Assembly: GCA_028703445.1 (NCBI GenBank)
Contig: JAQVMW010000005.1
Span: 21,666-85,665, forward strand
DNA length: 64,000 nucleotides
Source of the DNA: Candidatus Peribacteraceae bacterium
GTDB taxonomy: Bacteria; Patescibacteriota; Gracilibacteria; Peribacterales; Peribacteraceae
Reading direction: 5' to 3'
Part shown: one piece after another, positions 27,697 to 38,635 of the stretch
Position numbering within the stretch: the stretch's first letter is position 1
Layout: the number at the start of each line of letters is the position of its first letter
The notes under the pieces: generated by a model
What the model saw: the letters and a program-made list of their open reading frames with translations, nothing else
What the model was told of the DNA's origin: nothing
The model's database searches: none
Translations under genes and position numbers: made by a program

Positions 27697-28320
27697 CTAC
27701 ATGCTCCTTGCGACCGCTTCTGGCGAGACATCGATCTGCGCAATGGCAGCCGTGTCCAACGAAATCTTCCCCCCCTCTGGGTAGAGACGGTTGCGAGTAA
27801 TCCAGACAGTCGCCATACGACATTCGGGACACCCAGAATCGATAGCAAATACCATTAAGGGAGCCGCGAGGAGATGGAGCGCATTGTAGAGCAGAGCTCC
27901 CCCGCCCGGAGTATTCAAGCTATGGACACCCATGAAGATCTTGCCGTCGGGATCCGGGAGTGTGACGTACACTTCCTGTCGCAGCCTATCGCTCTGCCGC
28001 AGGAGCCAGATCACCAGTTGCTTGATCTCGTCCGAAACATTGGACGCGAGTGCAATAACTCGCTCGAGAGCGTGCATCTGCGTCTCCGAGACGCCCACGA
28101 ACACTTTCGGCGGCGGAAGATCCTTTTCGAGAATGATGGCGGCTATCTGCTGTATAGATCGCTGTGCCCAATCATCCTGAATCTCCTCGCGACTGAGTCG
28201 ATGGAGCCGCTCAAGAGCTACCTCTTCGTTTGGCTCGAGACTCGCGATCGCTTTCCCGATCTTCGTCCATACGCTGCAAAAAAATCCGGCAGCGGCTACC
28301 ATAGCATTCGACCTGGACAT
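27697..28320 (-). CDS. hypothetical protein
   Basis: Internal ATG at 28320 is preceded by aaggag 8 nt upstream. The longer ORF would overlap eno. Confidence 0.5.
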   Translation of the reverse strand: MSRSNAMVAAAGFFCSVWTKIGKAIASLEPNEEVALERLHRLSREEIQDDWAQRSIQQIAAIILEKDLPPPKVFVGVSETQMHALERVIALASNVSDEIKQLVIWLLRQSDRLRQEVYVTLPDPDGKIFMGVHSLNTPGGGALLYNALHLLAAPLMVFAIDSGCPECRMATVWITRNRLYPEGGKISLDTAAIAQIDVSPEAVARSM

Positions 28321-28453
28321 GACGCGTCTCCTTTTCCAATGAGGTTCACCTCTCGCGTTCGCGACGTGCGAACACCCCGGGTGTTCCTCGATGACAAAGA
28401 ACATTGTTACTTTGCAATGCAGGTTGATACTTGTCAAAGCAATCCCGCAGATT

Positions 28454-29734
28454 TCAGAACGGCGACACGTACTTCGCCTTGCTTCCCAGTTCCTCCTCGA
28501 TCCGGAGCAACTGGTTATACTTACACACTCGATCCGTGCGACTCGTAGCACCCGTCTTGATCTGCCCGGTTCCCAGCCCCACCACGAGATCCGCGATAGA
28601 CGCATCTTCTGTCTCGCCCGAACGATGCGAGACGACAGCGGTGAACCCGGCTGAATGCGCCATCTCGACGGCATCCACGGTCTCCGTGACCGTGCCGATC
28701 TGATTCAATTTGATCAGAATGGAATTGGCCGCCTTCTCCGCAATCCCGCGCTTCAGTCGTGTGGCGTTCGTCACGAAAAGATCATCGCCGATGATCTGCA
28801 CGTTTGTACCCAACCGTTTCTGCAGGATCTTCCACCCTTCCCAGTCATCCTCGGCCAAACCGTCCTCGATCGAAGTAATGGGGTACTTCTTCGTCCACTG
28901 CTCGTAGAAATCAATCAGTTCCGCACTGGAGAGCGTGCGTTTCTCCCGCTCCAGACGGTACGACCCTTCTGTGAAAAACTCGCTCGCAGCCGCATCGATG
29001 GCGATCACGACATCTTTCCCCGCCCGATATCCCGCTGCCTCGATGCCCGCGAGGATCACGTCCATCACCTTTCCGTTGCTCCCCAGATTCGGCCCGTAGG
29101 CGCCTTCGAACCCCACGTTGATATTGAACCCTTCTTTCTTGAGGACTTTCGCGATCGCCTGGTAGATCTCGTCCCCCCACCGGAGCGCCTCTGAAAAGTT
29201 CTTTGCCCCGACGGGCATGACCATGAACTCCTGAAAATCCGCGCTGTCATCCGCATGTTTGCCGCCCTCAAGGACGAGCACCATCGGCACGGGCAGGAGC
29301 ATCTCAATCTTTTTGGATGAAAGGCCGTTGAAGTAGCGGTAGAGCGGCTGCTTCTGGCTTACTGCCATCGCACGCGCAAACGACAGAGAAACACCGAGAA
29401 TCGCATTGGCACCGAACTTGCCCTTGTTGGGAGTCCCATCGAGAGCAATGAGAGAGAGATCGAGCGACCGCTGATCGAATGCCTTCCCTTTGACCGATTT
29501 TTCGATGATCGTGTTCACGTGCGAGACGGCTTTGAGGACACCCTTGCCGAAAAAACGTTTGGGGTCACCGTCACGCAGCTCCACCGCTTCATGTTTCCCC
29601 GTCGAAGCGCCCGAGGGCACGGCTGCCCGTCCAAAAGAACCATCGGAGAGCGTGCAGTCCACTTCGACGGTGGGCGTTCCGCGGGAATCGAGAATCTGTC
29701 TGGCATGGAAAGATTGAATAGTCGGCACAGGCAA
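28454..29734 (-). CDS. eno: enolase
   Basis: [32 protein letters not shown] and SHRSGETED motifs. TTG start. Confidence 0.95.
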   Translation of the reverse strand: MPVPTIQSFHARQILDSRGTPTVEVDCTLSDGSFGRAAVPSGASTGKHEAVELRDGDPKRFFGKGVLKAVSHVNTIIEKSVKGKAFDQRSLDLSLIALDGTPNKGKFGANAILGVSLSFARAMAVSQKQPLYRYFNGLSSKKIEMLLPVPMVLVLEGGKHADDSADFQEFMVMPVGAKNFSEALRWGDEIYQAIAKVLKKEGFNINVGFEGAYGPNLGSNGKVMDVILAGIEAAGYRAGKDVVIAIDAAASEFFTEGSYRLEREKRTLSSAELIDFYEQWTKKYPITSIEDGLAEDDWEGWKILQKRLGTNVQIIGDDLFVTNATRLKRGIAEKAANSILIKLNQIGTVTETVDAVEMAHSAGFTAVVSHRSGETEDASIADLVVGLGTGQIKTGATSRTDRVCKYNQLLRIEEELGSKAKYVSPF

Positions 29735-29873
29735 GTGGGAATATTGACAGCATGGTAGCAGAGAATGAAAAAATTCGTCGCGAAGCCGTGGGTGGCTCTG
29801 CCGGGACCCGCGGCTGGAGCGACACCGTTTAGGGAAAAGAGAGCCTGTGAGAGAAAAACCGTAGGTTTGTCTC

Positions 29874-30830
29874 TCACGATCGTCGTCGCGCCCGATCGTG
29901 CAGCACCCCCGTGTATCCCGCCAGCATCAGGAAGACAAATGCCCCCAGCTCCGGACCCGAAGAGGGCAGCTTCGCAGGCTGTGTCTTCGCCTCCTTGAGT
30001 TCCGTTCCGGTACCCGCGCTGGATTGTGAGGAGGCGACGAGCGCGATCAGTGAAGAGGCGGAAAGACTGCTGGAATCGGCAAGACGCTTTTCCCGTGCCT
30101 CTCTGCGGCGCTGTTCGGCCTGCCGGAGCTTCTCTCGCCAACTTTCTTCTCCGGCATCACTCGAAGCGCTCAGGTTCTGTTTCGTGGGCAGCCGGCCTGC
30201 CAGCCGCACGCCGAGAATCTGCTTGCCCTCCAGCTGCGTGAGCCACTCCCCTCCCCAGAGCACGGAGGCAAGCTGGCGATCCCAGTGCGTGGTCTGCTGG
30301 CTCGCGAGCGCGCCGCCCACGAAGGGAATGAATGCGAGCAGGAGCAGCGTCACGCGCGACACGCGGCGGCGCACCACCTGCAGGCAGTAGCTTAAGAGCA
30401 GAATGAATGCGACCGTCACCGCGCTTAACGTCCAGCCCCACGTGTACCAGCCCACGGCGAGCAGGGCGCGCGGAACTTCCAGCGAAACGATTTCGATGCC
30501 GAGCCACAAAAGGAGCATGAGCGCCGGAATCCAGTGCAGCAGCCGAAACGCATGATCGGCACGGCGACGGCGGAAGAGCGCGAAGAGCGAGAGCGGGTAG
30601 ACGACGGAGAGCGCGAAGAGAATCGCCCACGGCACCGCACCTGCCGGAAGATCGGGAAGCGTTGGGAGCAGGAGCCCCGTAAGGAGAATGACGACGCCGA
30701 GGAGGAAGACTAAAAAGGTTTCCGTAGCGTGCTTGAGAGGCATAAAAAGGGGTTGATCCTCTCTAAGACGAGCCTCACTGTCAAGTTTGTTGAACACCAA
30801 AGGAGATCGTCCCCGGCCATTGGCCATCAT
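29874..30830 (-). CDS. hypothetical polytopic membrane protein
   Basis: Several hydrophobic helices. No motif recognised. Confidence 0.6.
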   Translation of the reverse strand: MMANGRGRSPLVFNKLDSEARLREDQPLFMPLKHATETFLVFLLGVVILLTGLLLPTLPDLPAGAVPWAILFALSVVYPLSLFALFRRRRADHAFRLLHWIPALMLLLWLGIEIVSLEVPRALLAVGWYTWGWTLSAVTVAFILLLSYCLQVVRRRVSRVTLLLLAFIPFVGGALASQQTTHWDRQLASVLWGGEWLTQLEGKQILGVRLAGRLPTKQNLSASSDAGEESWREKLRQAEQRRREAREKRLADSSSLSASSLIALVASSQSSAGTGTELKEAKTQPAKLPSSGPELGAFVFLMLAGYTGVLHDRARRRS

Positions 30831-30833
30831 CTC

Positions 30834-30940
30834 ATTTCCTCTCCCCCTTTATCCCCCTCTCCACAAGAGAGGGGGAACATGTTCGAACATCAAACTCCCC
30901 TTCCTCCCATGAAGGAAGGGCAGGGGGATGGAGGAAAAAA
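30834..30940. repeat. GC-rich nested-palindrome element (copy E3)
   Basis: Perfect hairpin 30852-30861/30867-30876. Outer stem pairs tttcctctccccc with gggggatggaggaaa. Same architecture as E2. Confidence 0.9.
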
Positions 30941-30941
30941 C

Positions 30942-31355
30942 TTACTTCTTCCGTTTCGGTAAATACCGATCCCGCGGATCATCCGAAACCTCCGTGGGGA
31001 GTTTTTCGTAGTACCGCATCTTGAAGAGCCGCATCTGCACTCCAAGGTACAGCGCGAAGGCGATCCCCCACAGTACCCACAGAAAACGCATGGCGAGGAA
31101 TCCGATGCTCTCCACGCGCGAGACGACGAAGACCAAGCCCGTGGCCCCGAACCAGAAGGCGGCACTTGACCACGAGCGGCTGAGCTTCTTCATCACGGGG
31201 TTCGTCATTCTGCTCCGCCAGAAACGGAACAGGAACGAGAAGAGCACCAGAAGCGCGCAGACGATGAGGAGTGTCTGCATGCTGGAACTGCTGTAGTGGG
31301 CATTGCCGGGATTCGGCCAAACCAAGTAGATGAAGAGCGACTTGAGCGAAGCCAT
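30942..31355 (-). CDS. hypothetical membrane protein
   Basis: ORF with 3-4 hydrophobic helices. Confidence 0.6.
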   Translation of the reverse strand: MASLKSLFIYLVWPNPGNAHYSSSSMQTLLIVCALLVLFSFLFRFWRSRMTNPVMKKLSRSWSSAAFWFGATGLVFVVSRVESIGFLAMRFLWVLWGIAFALYLGVQMRLFKMRYYEKLPTEVSDDPRDRYLPKRKK

Positions 31356-31390
31356 GGAAAAGAGGGGAAATCAGTCCTCCTCAAGGAGGA

Positions 31391-31762
31391 TTACTTGCTG
31401 GAACGGGCTTTGCTCCCGAGGAGCTTTGCAGACAGGGACTGCACGAGCTTCTCCTGTTCGCGCTCGCGAATGGTGCGCGCGGGACGGATGAGGAGGTAGA
31501 GCAGGAATCCGACTCCCGGGAGCAGGGCGGTGAGCACGATGCAGAATGCCGTGTACCAGAACGAGTGCGTCCTGAGCAGGATGTCACGCGTGACGAAGAA
31601 CACGAGAAAAATCACGACGAATCCGACGAAGAGCAGTCCACCCTGCATCATCCTGAGCAACGGATCTGCTGACAGAAACAGGAGGAACGGATCGAAGAAA
31701 GACTGAAGGGACGTGAAGAGTTGCATGATGACAGTTGACAGTGGACTATTGACAATTGACAC
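31391..31762 (-). CDS. hypothetical membrane protein
   Basis: ORF with hydrophobic helices. Confidence 0.6.
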   Translation of the reverse strand: MSIVNSPLSTVIMQLFTSLQSFFDPFLLFLSADPLLRMMQGGLLFVGFVVIFLVFFVTRDILLRTHSFWYTAFCIVLTALLPGVGFLLYLLIRPARTIREREQEKLVQSLSAKLLGSKARSSK

Positions 31763-31838
31763 GAGAACTGTGCGACGATGGAGCTAATAACGAAAAGACA
31801 ATTCTTGCAGTCAATGATCAACAGTAAAGAGTTAAAAG

Positions 31839-32762
31839 TTACAGGTGCGGATACCGTCGCCGGTGGACAACAACATACACGACGGTGACGAGCAGCGCCA
31901 ACACCGCGAGGAACTGGCTGAACCGAAGCTCATGCGTCTCGAGCGGTAGCTGCGACCGCAGCAGTGCATACCCGCCAAACACGAAGAGGAGTACTCCCTC
32001 GAACACGAGGAGCATCCGGCGCGAGAGCATGAGCTCGATGACGGCGAAGACACCGAGACTGACGAAGAGGGAGATCAGGATGATGAAATCCACGGTCGTG
32101 GCGAAGACCGGAATGGTGAAATCCCCGCGGAAGTACTCGAAGATGAACGTGCCGACGCTCGCGCAGATGATGCCGATGAGCGTCTCGGTCCCCGCCCTCG
32201 AGCTATACTTGCGAATAATGAGCAGCAGGAAAGTCAGAAAGAGAGAGAAGAAAGCATAGTAGAGCTGCACGGGGTGGATGGGCACGGCGTAGCGGACAGA
32301 GATCGAATCGTACGTCACGCCCCAGAAGACATCGGTGGGCTTGCCGTACGCATGCCCGGCGAAGAAGAGTCCAAGCCAGCTGAACACCGACCCCAGTGCG
32401 GCCGCGGGCAACAGCACATCCAGCCACTGCAGAAATGTCGCGCGATGGGAGCGGGTCGACCAGTAGAGGATGATGCCGATGCCGATGGCGCCGCCGAGGA
32501 AGCTGAATCCCCCGTCCCAGATGACGAAGATGCGCGGAAGATCGTTCCAGTACACGCGGTACTGCGTGATCACGGCAATCACCCTTCCGCTGATGAGGAA
32601 CCCACCCAGGTACCACCATGCGTGATCCTGGAAATGCTGCAGCGAGAGGTTCGCGCTGCCGGCGAGCCTGAGGAAGAACTCCGTCGAAACCCAGATGCCG
32701 ATGAGCAGGAACACGACGGAGGTCCAGACGAGGAACGGACCTAAGGGGAACGCTTGGAACAT
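31839..32762 (-). CDS. lgt: prolipoprotein diacylglyceryl transferase
   Basis: WDGGFSFLGGAIG and GHAYGKPTDVFWGV motifs, with a polytopic profile. Confidence 0.85.
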   Translation of the reverse strand: MFQAFPLGPFLVWTSVVFLLIGIWVSTEFFLRLAGSANLSLQHFQDHAWWYLGGFLISGRVIAVITQYRVYWNDLPRIFVIWDGGFSFLGGAIGIGIILYWSTRSHRATFLQWLDVLLPAAALGSVFSWLGLFFAGHAYGKPTDVFWGVTYDSISVRYAVPIHPVQLYYAFFSLFLTFLLLIIRKYSSRAGTETLIGIICASVGTFIFEYFRGDFTIPVFATTVDFIILISLFVSLGVFAVIELMLSRRMLLVFEGVLLFVFGGYALLRSQLPLETHELRFSQFLAVLALLVTVVYVVVHRRRYPHL

Positions 32763-32792
32763 CGAAGAGATGATAGCAGAAAGGAAGATCTA

Positions 32793-32938
32793 CCTCACCC
32801 CCCCTGACCCCCCTCTCCCCACCTGCAACGATTCCTGCAGGGAGAGGGGGGAGCCACTTCCGTCCACAGACAAACTCCCCCTCTCCCGAGGCGAGTAGAG
32901 TGGGTATGAGAGAGGGGGTTGGGGGGTGAGGCAAAACA
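32793..32938. repeat. GC-rich nested-palindrome element (copy E4)
   Basis: cctcacccccc...cccccctctcccc...gggagagggggg...gagagggggttggggggtgaggcaaaaca. Confidence 0.85.
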
Positions 32939-32969
32939 CAAACAGCACATCCCCTGCTACACTTTCCAC

Positions 32970-33875
32970 ATGCCCATGCACCCCACGCGTCAGGGCGAAC
33001 TGAATGTTCTGCTCTCAACATTGCTCGGCAGCGTATTGCCCGTCATCACCATCCTGAGTTTCACGTATGTCCCTCCACTCCTCTCCGCAGGAATGAGTAC
33101 GCTCTTCGCCGGATTGTACTTCGCCTTCCTGCTCACTGTGAAACGGGAATGGCCTCTCCTGCAAAAACGTGCGGCGTGGAAGAACATCCTGCTCGCAACG
33201 TTCTTCATCGGCATTGCCGGCTATGGCTGCCTCTTTCTGGGTCTTAAATTTACGACAGCGGGAAACGCCTCGATCTTGAACCTCACCGAGGTTTTCTTCT
33301 CCTTCCTGATCTTAGGTCTATTCCTGCACCATGAGCCCCTGCTGCCCCGGACGATCATCGGTGCCTCATGCATGGTTTTCGGTGCGCTTCTGGTTCTCCT
33401 CCCCAAAGGGACCGGAGAATGGCAATGGGGCAACTTGCTTATACTGGTGGGCGCTGCCTTGGCGCCGTTCGGAAATCGCTATGCGCAACGCGCAAGAAGA
33501 ATCGTATCAACCAATGTCATCATGTTGTACCGAAGCATCATCAGCGGAATATGTCTGCTGTTGATAGCGCTCGCCATTGAAGAAATACCAAGCCGTGATG
33601 CACTTCTCTCATCATTGGTGTTTTTGTCTATCAATGGTGTGCTTCTCCTCGGTCTCTCGGTGTCCCTCTGGGTTGAAGGCATTCACCGGATTCCCATTAC
33701 CAAAGCCGTTGCCATGGTAAGCATCATGCCACTCTTCACACTCGCGGCAGCCTACTTCGTGCTTCACGAACAACCGTCATTCCTTCAGGTGACGGCACTC
33801 CTCCCCATTACCGCAGGAATGGTGCTGCTGACTAAATCTACAAAAATTCCGATGGAAGTCGCCTCGGGCACGTGA
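32970..33875 (+). CDS. DMT (EamA-like) family transporter
   Basis: About ten hydrophobic helices in two EamA-like halves. The listed ORF start at 32919 lies inside repeat E4, so the ATG at 32970 is preferred. Confidence 0.7.
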   Translation: MPMHPTRQGELNVLLSTLLGSVLPVITILSFTYVPPLLSAGMSTLFAGLYFAFLLTVKREWPLLQKRAAWKNILLATFFIGIAGYGCLFLGLKFTTAGNASILNLTEVFFSFLILGLFLHHEPLLPRTIIGASCMVFGALLVLLPKGTGEWQWGNLLILVGAALAPFGNRYAQRARRIVSTNVIMLYRSIISGICLLLIALAIEEIPSRDALLSSLVFLSINGVLLLGLSVSLWVEGIHRIPITKAVAMVSIMPLFTLAAAYFVLHEQPSFLQVTALLPITAGMVLLTKSTKIPMEVASGT

Positions 33876-33885
33876 ACTTCCTCTT

Positions 33886-34000
33886 CTTTCACTCAACCTC
33901 TCCCCCTCACCCCCTCTCCAATGTGGGAATCGTGGACGGGCCACGTCGCACATGTGCGACGGTGGCGGGGTGGAGAGGGGTCGGGGGTGAGGCAGAAACA
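33886..34000. repeat. GC-rich nested-palindrome element (copy E5)
   Basis: 33886-33919 is near-identical to 49788-49822. Contains the inner perfect palindrome gtcgcacatgtgcgac and ends ggggtgaggcagaaaca. Confidence 0.9.
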
Positions 34001-34015
34001 AGAACAGCGTACATT

Positions 34016-35833
34016 TCACCCGATGGAACACGTGAGCCGCCGCAGCCTGATATCCTCCTTCGTCTTCTCGATGAACTCTTTGAGCGGTACGGACACCTGT
34101 TTCTTGGTCACGACGTTGCGGACGGCCACGGAATTATCGGCGACCTCTTTATCCCCCACGACCAGCAGGTACGGAACGCGCTGCTGTTCGCCTGCACGGA
34201 TGCGCTTGCCCAATGAATCGGTGGAAGGCAACACTTCGCAGCGGATCCCCTGCTCCCGGAGCGCCTTTTCAACGTGTCGCGCGGAGACTTCGTGCGGCTC
34301 GGCCACGGGAATGATCACCGCCTGTACCGGGGCCAGCCACAGCGGGAAGTGCCCGGCGAAATGCTCGATGAGGAACCCGATGAACCGCTCGTGCGTGCCG
34401 AGAGGGGCGCGGTGGATGCAGAGCGGCACTTTCTCGGTGCCGTCTTTGTCGGTGTACTTGAGTCCCACTTTGCCCGGCACGTCGAAATCCACCTGGTTCG
34501 TGGCGAGCGTGAACTCGCGGCCGATGGCGCTCCACACCTCCACGTCGATCTTGGGACCGTAGAACGCCGCTTCGTCCGGCACCTCTCTGAACTCGATCCC
34601 CTTCTTCTTGAGCGCCTTTCTGACCATCTCTTCCGTCTTGAGCCACAGCGCGGGTTCGTTGACGTACTTCTTGCCGAGTCCTTCAGTGGAATGGAGCGAG
34701 AGGCGCATGACGTACTTCTTGATGTCGAAAATCGCGAAGTACGCGAGGTAGAGATCGACCACCGCGTTGAATTCGTCTTCGAACTGCTCCTCCGTCACGT
34801 ACATGTGCGCATCGTTCATCGAAAGCGATCGCACGCGCATGAGCCCGAACAGAGCGCCGCTGTCTTCGTAGCGGTAGCAGTGCCCGTACTCCGCGAGCCG
34901 CATGGGCAGATCGCGGTAGCTGCGCGGCCGCGAGGCGAAGATTTCGTGGTGGTGCGGACAGTTCATGGGCTTGAGGTAGTACTCCTCCTCCCCATCCAGC
35001 TCCATCGGCGGGAACATGGACGTTCTGTAGTGCGCCAGGTGACCCGTGCGCTCGTACAGCGCTCCCTTGGCAATGTGTGGCGTGCGCACGCGAAGGTAGC
35101 CACCCTTCTCCTCCATCTCTTTCGCCAGCGTCTCGATCTGATCCGCGATGATCGTGCCCTTGGGTGTCCAGAGCGGCAGCCCCGGCCCCACCATGTCGCT
35201 GAACGTGAAGAGATCCAGCTCCTTACCCAATTTTCGGTGATCGCGCTTCTTCGCCTCCTCCATCATCGTGAGGTAGTCCGAAAGCTCCTGCTTACTGGCG
35301 AAAGCCGCCACGTAGAGGCGCGTGAGCTGCGCATTCGTTTCTTTGCCGCGCCAGTACGCTCCCGCAAGACTGGTGATCTTGAATCCATCCGGCGGAATCT
35401 CCTTGAGTGAAGTGACGTGTCCGCCGCGGCAGAGATCCGTGAACATCTCTTTGCCAGAGGCATCGACGTTGCGGTAGTGCGTCACTTTTGTCTCCCCTCC
35501 CTTGGCAAGGTCCTCGACCAGCTCGACCTTGAAGGTCTGCCCTTTGCCCTTCCAGTACTTCACGGATTCCTGAATCGACATCTCGTCCACCTCAAAGGTC
35601 TGCGCGGAGCCGATGATACGGCGCATCTCCTTCTCGATTGCGGGGAAATCGGCATCGGAAATCGGCTTCGCGAAGAGGAAATCGTAGTAGCAGCCTGTGT
35701 CGATGGGCGGACCGATGGTGATCTGCGTATCTGGCCAGAGCCTTGAGACGGCCTGCGCCAGCACGTGTGCCAGCGAGTGGCGCATGTTGTGCAGGGATTC
35801 GGGAATTGCGTTTCCGATGGATTTCTTTGCCAT
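34016..35833 (-). CDS. thrS: threonine--tRNA ligase (no N-terminal TGS domain)
   Basis: HRKLGKELDLF, class II motifs and an anticodon-binding C-terminus. Confidence 0.93.
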   Translation of the reverse strand: MAKKSIGNAIPESLHNMRHSLAHVLAQAVSRLWPDTQITIGPPIDTGCYYDFLFAKPISDADFPAIEKEMRRIIGSAQTFEVDEMSIQESVKYWKGKGQTFKVELVEDLAKGGETKVTHYRNVDASGKEMFTDLCRGGHVTSLKEIPPDGFKITSLAGAYWRGKETNAQLTRLYVAAFASKQELSDYLTMMEEAKKRDHRKLGKELDLFTFSDMVGPGLPLWTPKGTIIADQIETLAKEMEEKGGYLRVRTPHIAKGALYERTGHLAHYRTSMFPPMELDGEEEYYLKPMNCPHHHEIFASRPRSYRDLPMRLAEYGHCYRYEDSGALFGLMRVRSLSMNDAHMYVTEEQFEDEFNAVVDLYLAYFAIFDIKKYVMRLSLHSTEGLGKKYVNEPALWLKTEEMVRKALKKKGIEFREVPDEAAFYGPKIDVEVWSAIGREFTLATNQVDFDVPGKVGLKYTDKDGTEKVPLCIHRAPLGTHERFIGFLIEHFAGHFPLWLAPVQAVIIPVAEPHEVSARHVEKALREQGIRCEVLPSTDSLGKRIRAGEQQRVPYLLVVGDKEVADNSVAVRNVVTKKQVSVPLKEFIEKTKEDIRLRRLTCSIG

Positions 35834-36024
35834 AGTGATGGGAGGGTAACAGAGAAAAAACTCCTTCGCTATCGCGGAGGAAGGCAGTGGGATGAATGAT
35901 CAGCAGAGCACCCCTTCCTCAGCGGAAAGTCGTGGTAGTCGTGGTGGTGGTGCGCTGCGTCATGACAAGCAGACGATACGCGCGTGTTCCGCCGGTCACA
36001 AGGAGGAAAAGTATCGTCTCGCGC

Positions 36025-37494
36025 TCATACCACCCCCAACTCCTGCTCCAAGGCGCGGATCTCCCGAAGTAATTGCGGATCATTTTGCATCTTCGCCTCG
36101 ATCTTGCCGCACGCGTTCATCACGGTGGTGTGGTCGCGGCCGGAGAAGACCTCGCCCAGCCGCACGTAGCTCATGCGCAGGTGCTTCTTGCCCAGGAACA
36201 TCGTGATCTGGCGGGGCATCAGGATCTCGCGCACGCGCGAGGCGCCGATCATGTCCTGCACCGAGACCGAGTAGTAGCGGCTGACGCACTCCAGCACGTC
36301 CTGGAATGTGGGCGCGCGCTTGGGCGTCGTCTCGAACCCCACCTGCTCCTCCTCCGCATGCGGATCGCGTGAGAGCTTTCGCATGATCTCGGCGATGCTC
36401 TTGACGGTAGGCATGCGCGACTCCAGCTCGTACTGCGCCACCGCCTGCATCAGGATGCCTTCGAGCTCGCGGACATTGCGGGTCGTGTGCTCCGCGATGA
36501 ACTGCAGCACCGTCATGTCGATCATGAGCTCGTACTCGCGGGCTTTCTCGACCAGGATGGCCAGCCGCGTCTCGTAGTCCGGCACCGAGATATCGGCGAT
36601 CATGCCGCGCGCGAAGCGCGAAATCAGTCTGTCCTCCAATTGCATTTCCTGCGGGGGCCGGTCGGCCGACAGGATGACCTGCTTGCGGTCCTCGTAGAGG
36701 GCGTTGAACGTGTGGAAGAACTCCTCCTGCGTGCGCTCTTTGTTGGCAAGAAACTGCACGTCATCGATGATGAGCACGTCCACCTGCCGGTAGCGGCGCC
36801 TAAACTGCTCCATTTTCTGCTGCCGGATCGCCTCGATGACCTGATTCGTGAAATCCTCCGTGGTCGTGTACACCACAACCGCCCGGGGCATATTGCGGAG
36901 AATGGCGTTGCCCGTGGCCTGCAGCAGGTGCGTCTTGCCCAGCCCCACGCCACCGTAGAGGAAGAGCGGGTTATAACGGCCGCCGGGCGCCGCGGCCACC
37001 GACTGGCACGCCGCGTGCGCGAGACGGTTGTTGGCTCCGACCACGAAGTGCTCGATCGTATAGCGGGGATTCAAGATCTTGCTGATGACTCCTTCGGCCA
37101 TCTTGACCTCGGGTTTGTTGGGCAATTTCCGCTTCTTCTGTTCGGGAAAAACTTCCAGCAGGTCGACCGATCGCTCGCGGTTGTCTTTGAGTCCCCCATC
37201 AACGGTATAGACGATCTTCTCGATCGTGGGATCGAGGGAACGCGCGATCTCGAACGTCATTACGCGGTAGTGCTCCATGTGCCACGAGAGTGACATGGGC
37301 AGCGGCAACCCCACGATGAGCGTGCCACCGTCCTTGCCGAGGATCGCCGTGTCCCGAAACCAGGTGATGAAGGCGCTGCGCTGCAGTTTCTCTTCGAATT
37401 TGCGCAGAATGGCGATCCACAGTCCCTGATCCACATGTTCCGCCACCGAAGCGGCGGCGGAGGCGCTGCCACTAGAAGAGACGGACGATATCAT
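36025..37494 (-). CDS. dnaA: chromosomal replication initiator protein DnaA
   Basis: GGVGLGKTHLL Walker A, IIDDVQFL, and a C-terminal HTH region (...GRDHTTVMNACGKI). Confidence 0.95.
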   Translation of the reverse strand: MISSVSSSGSASAAASVAEHVDQGLWIAILRKFEEKLQRSAFITWFRDTAILGKDGGTLIVGLPLPMSLSWHMEHYRVMTFEIARSLDPTIEKIVYTVDGGLKDNRERSVDLLEVFPEQKKRKLPNKPEVKMAEGVISKILNPRYTIEHFVVGANNRLAHAACQSVAAAPGGRYNPLFLYGGVGLGKTHLLQATGNAILRNMPRAVVVYTTTEDFTNQVIEAIRQQKMEQFRRRYRQVDVLIIDDVQFLANKERTQEEFFHTFNALYEDRKQVILSADRPPQEMQLEDRLISRFARGMIADISVPDYETRLAILVEKAREYELMIDMTVLQFIAEHTTRNVRELEGILMQAVAQYELESRMPTVKSIAEIMRKLSRDPHAEEEQVGFETTPKRAPTFQDVLECVSRYYSVSVQDMIGASRVREILMPRQITMFLGKKHLRMSYVRLGEVFSGRDHTTVMNACGKIEAKMQNDPQLLREIRALEQELGVV

Positions 37495-38587
37495 AGAAGG
37501 TAATGAGGAGGATGAGCAGAATGAGCACCGAGAATCCGAGCGCGTTCGAGTACGCCTCGAATCTTCGGTTGAGTGGATGGCGCGTCACCGCCTCGACGAG
37601 CACGAACAGGAGCCGGCCGCCGTCTAAAGCGGGGAACGGGAGGAAATTTAAGATAGCGAGGCTCAGGCTGATGAGCGCAACTAAACGCAGGTACGTCATG
37701 AATCCGGCTTGCACCGAGGAGTACGTGAGCTGGGCGATGCCGACGATGCCGGTGATGCCCTCGGGAACCCGCCCGCTCTGCGCGAGGGACGCGATGAGCG
37801 TGCCGATGCCGAGCACTGTTTGCACCGTCATGATCCTGGCTTCACGCAGCGCAAGAAGAGCCGATGTCCCGATCCCACGCAAAGGAGCCGAGAGTTTGCG
37901 CGGGAACGTGGAAATGACCACACCGGACTTGCCGTCCTTAAGCGTCACGGTGAATTTCTGCTCTTTGGATTTCTCCCCTTCCCCCACGAGCACCGTGTAG
38001 AGCACCCTGCGCTTGCCCTGCTGGATCTGCCCGACCTGTTCGGCGAGCGTGATCGGAATATCGTTTACTCTCAGGAGGACGCTCTTCTCCGGCACGCCCG
38101 CAATCGCTGCCGGTTCACCGCTCATGACCTTCTCGATCACCACGCCCGTCTCGAGCGCAATGATGCCCTGCTCGGCGTGCGTCTGCATGTCGGACATCTC
38201 GAAATACGTGGGAATCCATCGCCCCACCGAAAATCCGAAGACGAGCAACACGAAAGCGAGCACAAAATTCATGAAGACCCCCGCAGACAGAATTGCGATG
38301 CGCGCGGCAAGGGAAGCACTGTGAAAACTCCCGGGCTTATTGCGCTCATGTTCCGCAAGAGCATTCTCGCCCTTGAGACGCACAAATCCTCCGAAGGGCA
38401 CCCAGTTGAGCGTGAACACTGTCCCATTTCGTCTGAAGAGTGTGCGTGCCTTTGGCGGCAAGCCGAAGCCAAATTCCTCGACCGTCACCCCGGCACTCCG
38501 CGCCGCCATGAAGTGTCCGAACTCATGGATGAGGATGAGCAGCGTCAACAGAACAACAAAGGCCACTGCTGTGAGAAGCATGGTCAC
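37472..38587 (-). CDS. rseP: RIP (site-2) zinc metalloprotease RseP
   Basis: HEFGHFMAAR HExxH in TM1, a PDZ-like middle region and a C-terminal LPFPALDGG motif. Start is GTG at 38587 or ATG at 38581. Confidence 0.9.
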   Translation of the reverse strand: MTMLLTAVAFVVLLTLLILIHEFGHFMAARSAGVTVEEFGFGLPPKARTLFRRNGTVFTLNWVPFGGFVRLKGENALAEHERNKPGSFHSASLAARIAILSAGVFMNFVLAFVLLVFGFSVGRWIPTYFEMSDMQTHAEQGIIALETGVVIEKVMSGEPAAIAGVPEKSVLLRVNDIPITLAEQVGQIQQGKRRVLYTVLVGEGEKSKEQKFTVTLKDGKSGVVISTFPRKLSAPLRGIGTSALLALREARIMTVQTVLGIGTLIASLAQSGRVPEGITGIVGIAQLTYSSVQAGFMTYLRLVALISLSLAILNFLPFPALDGGRLLFVLVEAVTRHPLNRRFEAYSNALGFSVLILLILLITFYDIVRLF

Positions 38588-38609
38588 AGGTTCAGCATGC
38601 TAGACGCTT

Positions 38610-38635
38610 GGTGGATAACTGAAAAGTTTTCCACA
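38610..38635. promoter_or_regulatory. pair of inverted 8/9 DnaA-box-like sites
   Basis: ggtggataa (38610-38618) and ttttccaca (38627-38635) compared with TGTGGATAA/TTATCCACA. They lie immediately upstream of rseP-dnaA. Confidence 0.3.

Noticed and set aside
27697-28674. The full 325-aa ORF overlaps the 3' end of eno by about 220 nt.
   Set aside because: The N-terminal 118 residues are Arg/Trp/Ser-rich and overlap enolase in another frame. An internal ATG at 28320 with aaggag upstream gives a non-overlapping gene.
35834-36024. A T-box or other leader riboswitch upstream of thrS.
   Set aside because: No T-box consensus (AANNNGGGTGGTACCGCG-like) or specifier architecture is seen on the thrS strand. 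Only two modest hairpins are present (gagacgatac...gtatcgtctc-like after dnaA, and a short stem plus T-run about 25 nt before the thrS start). These are more simply dnaA terminators.
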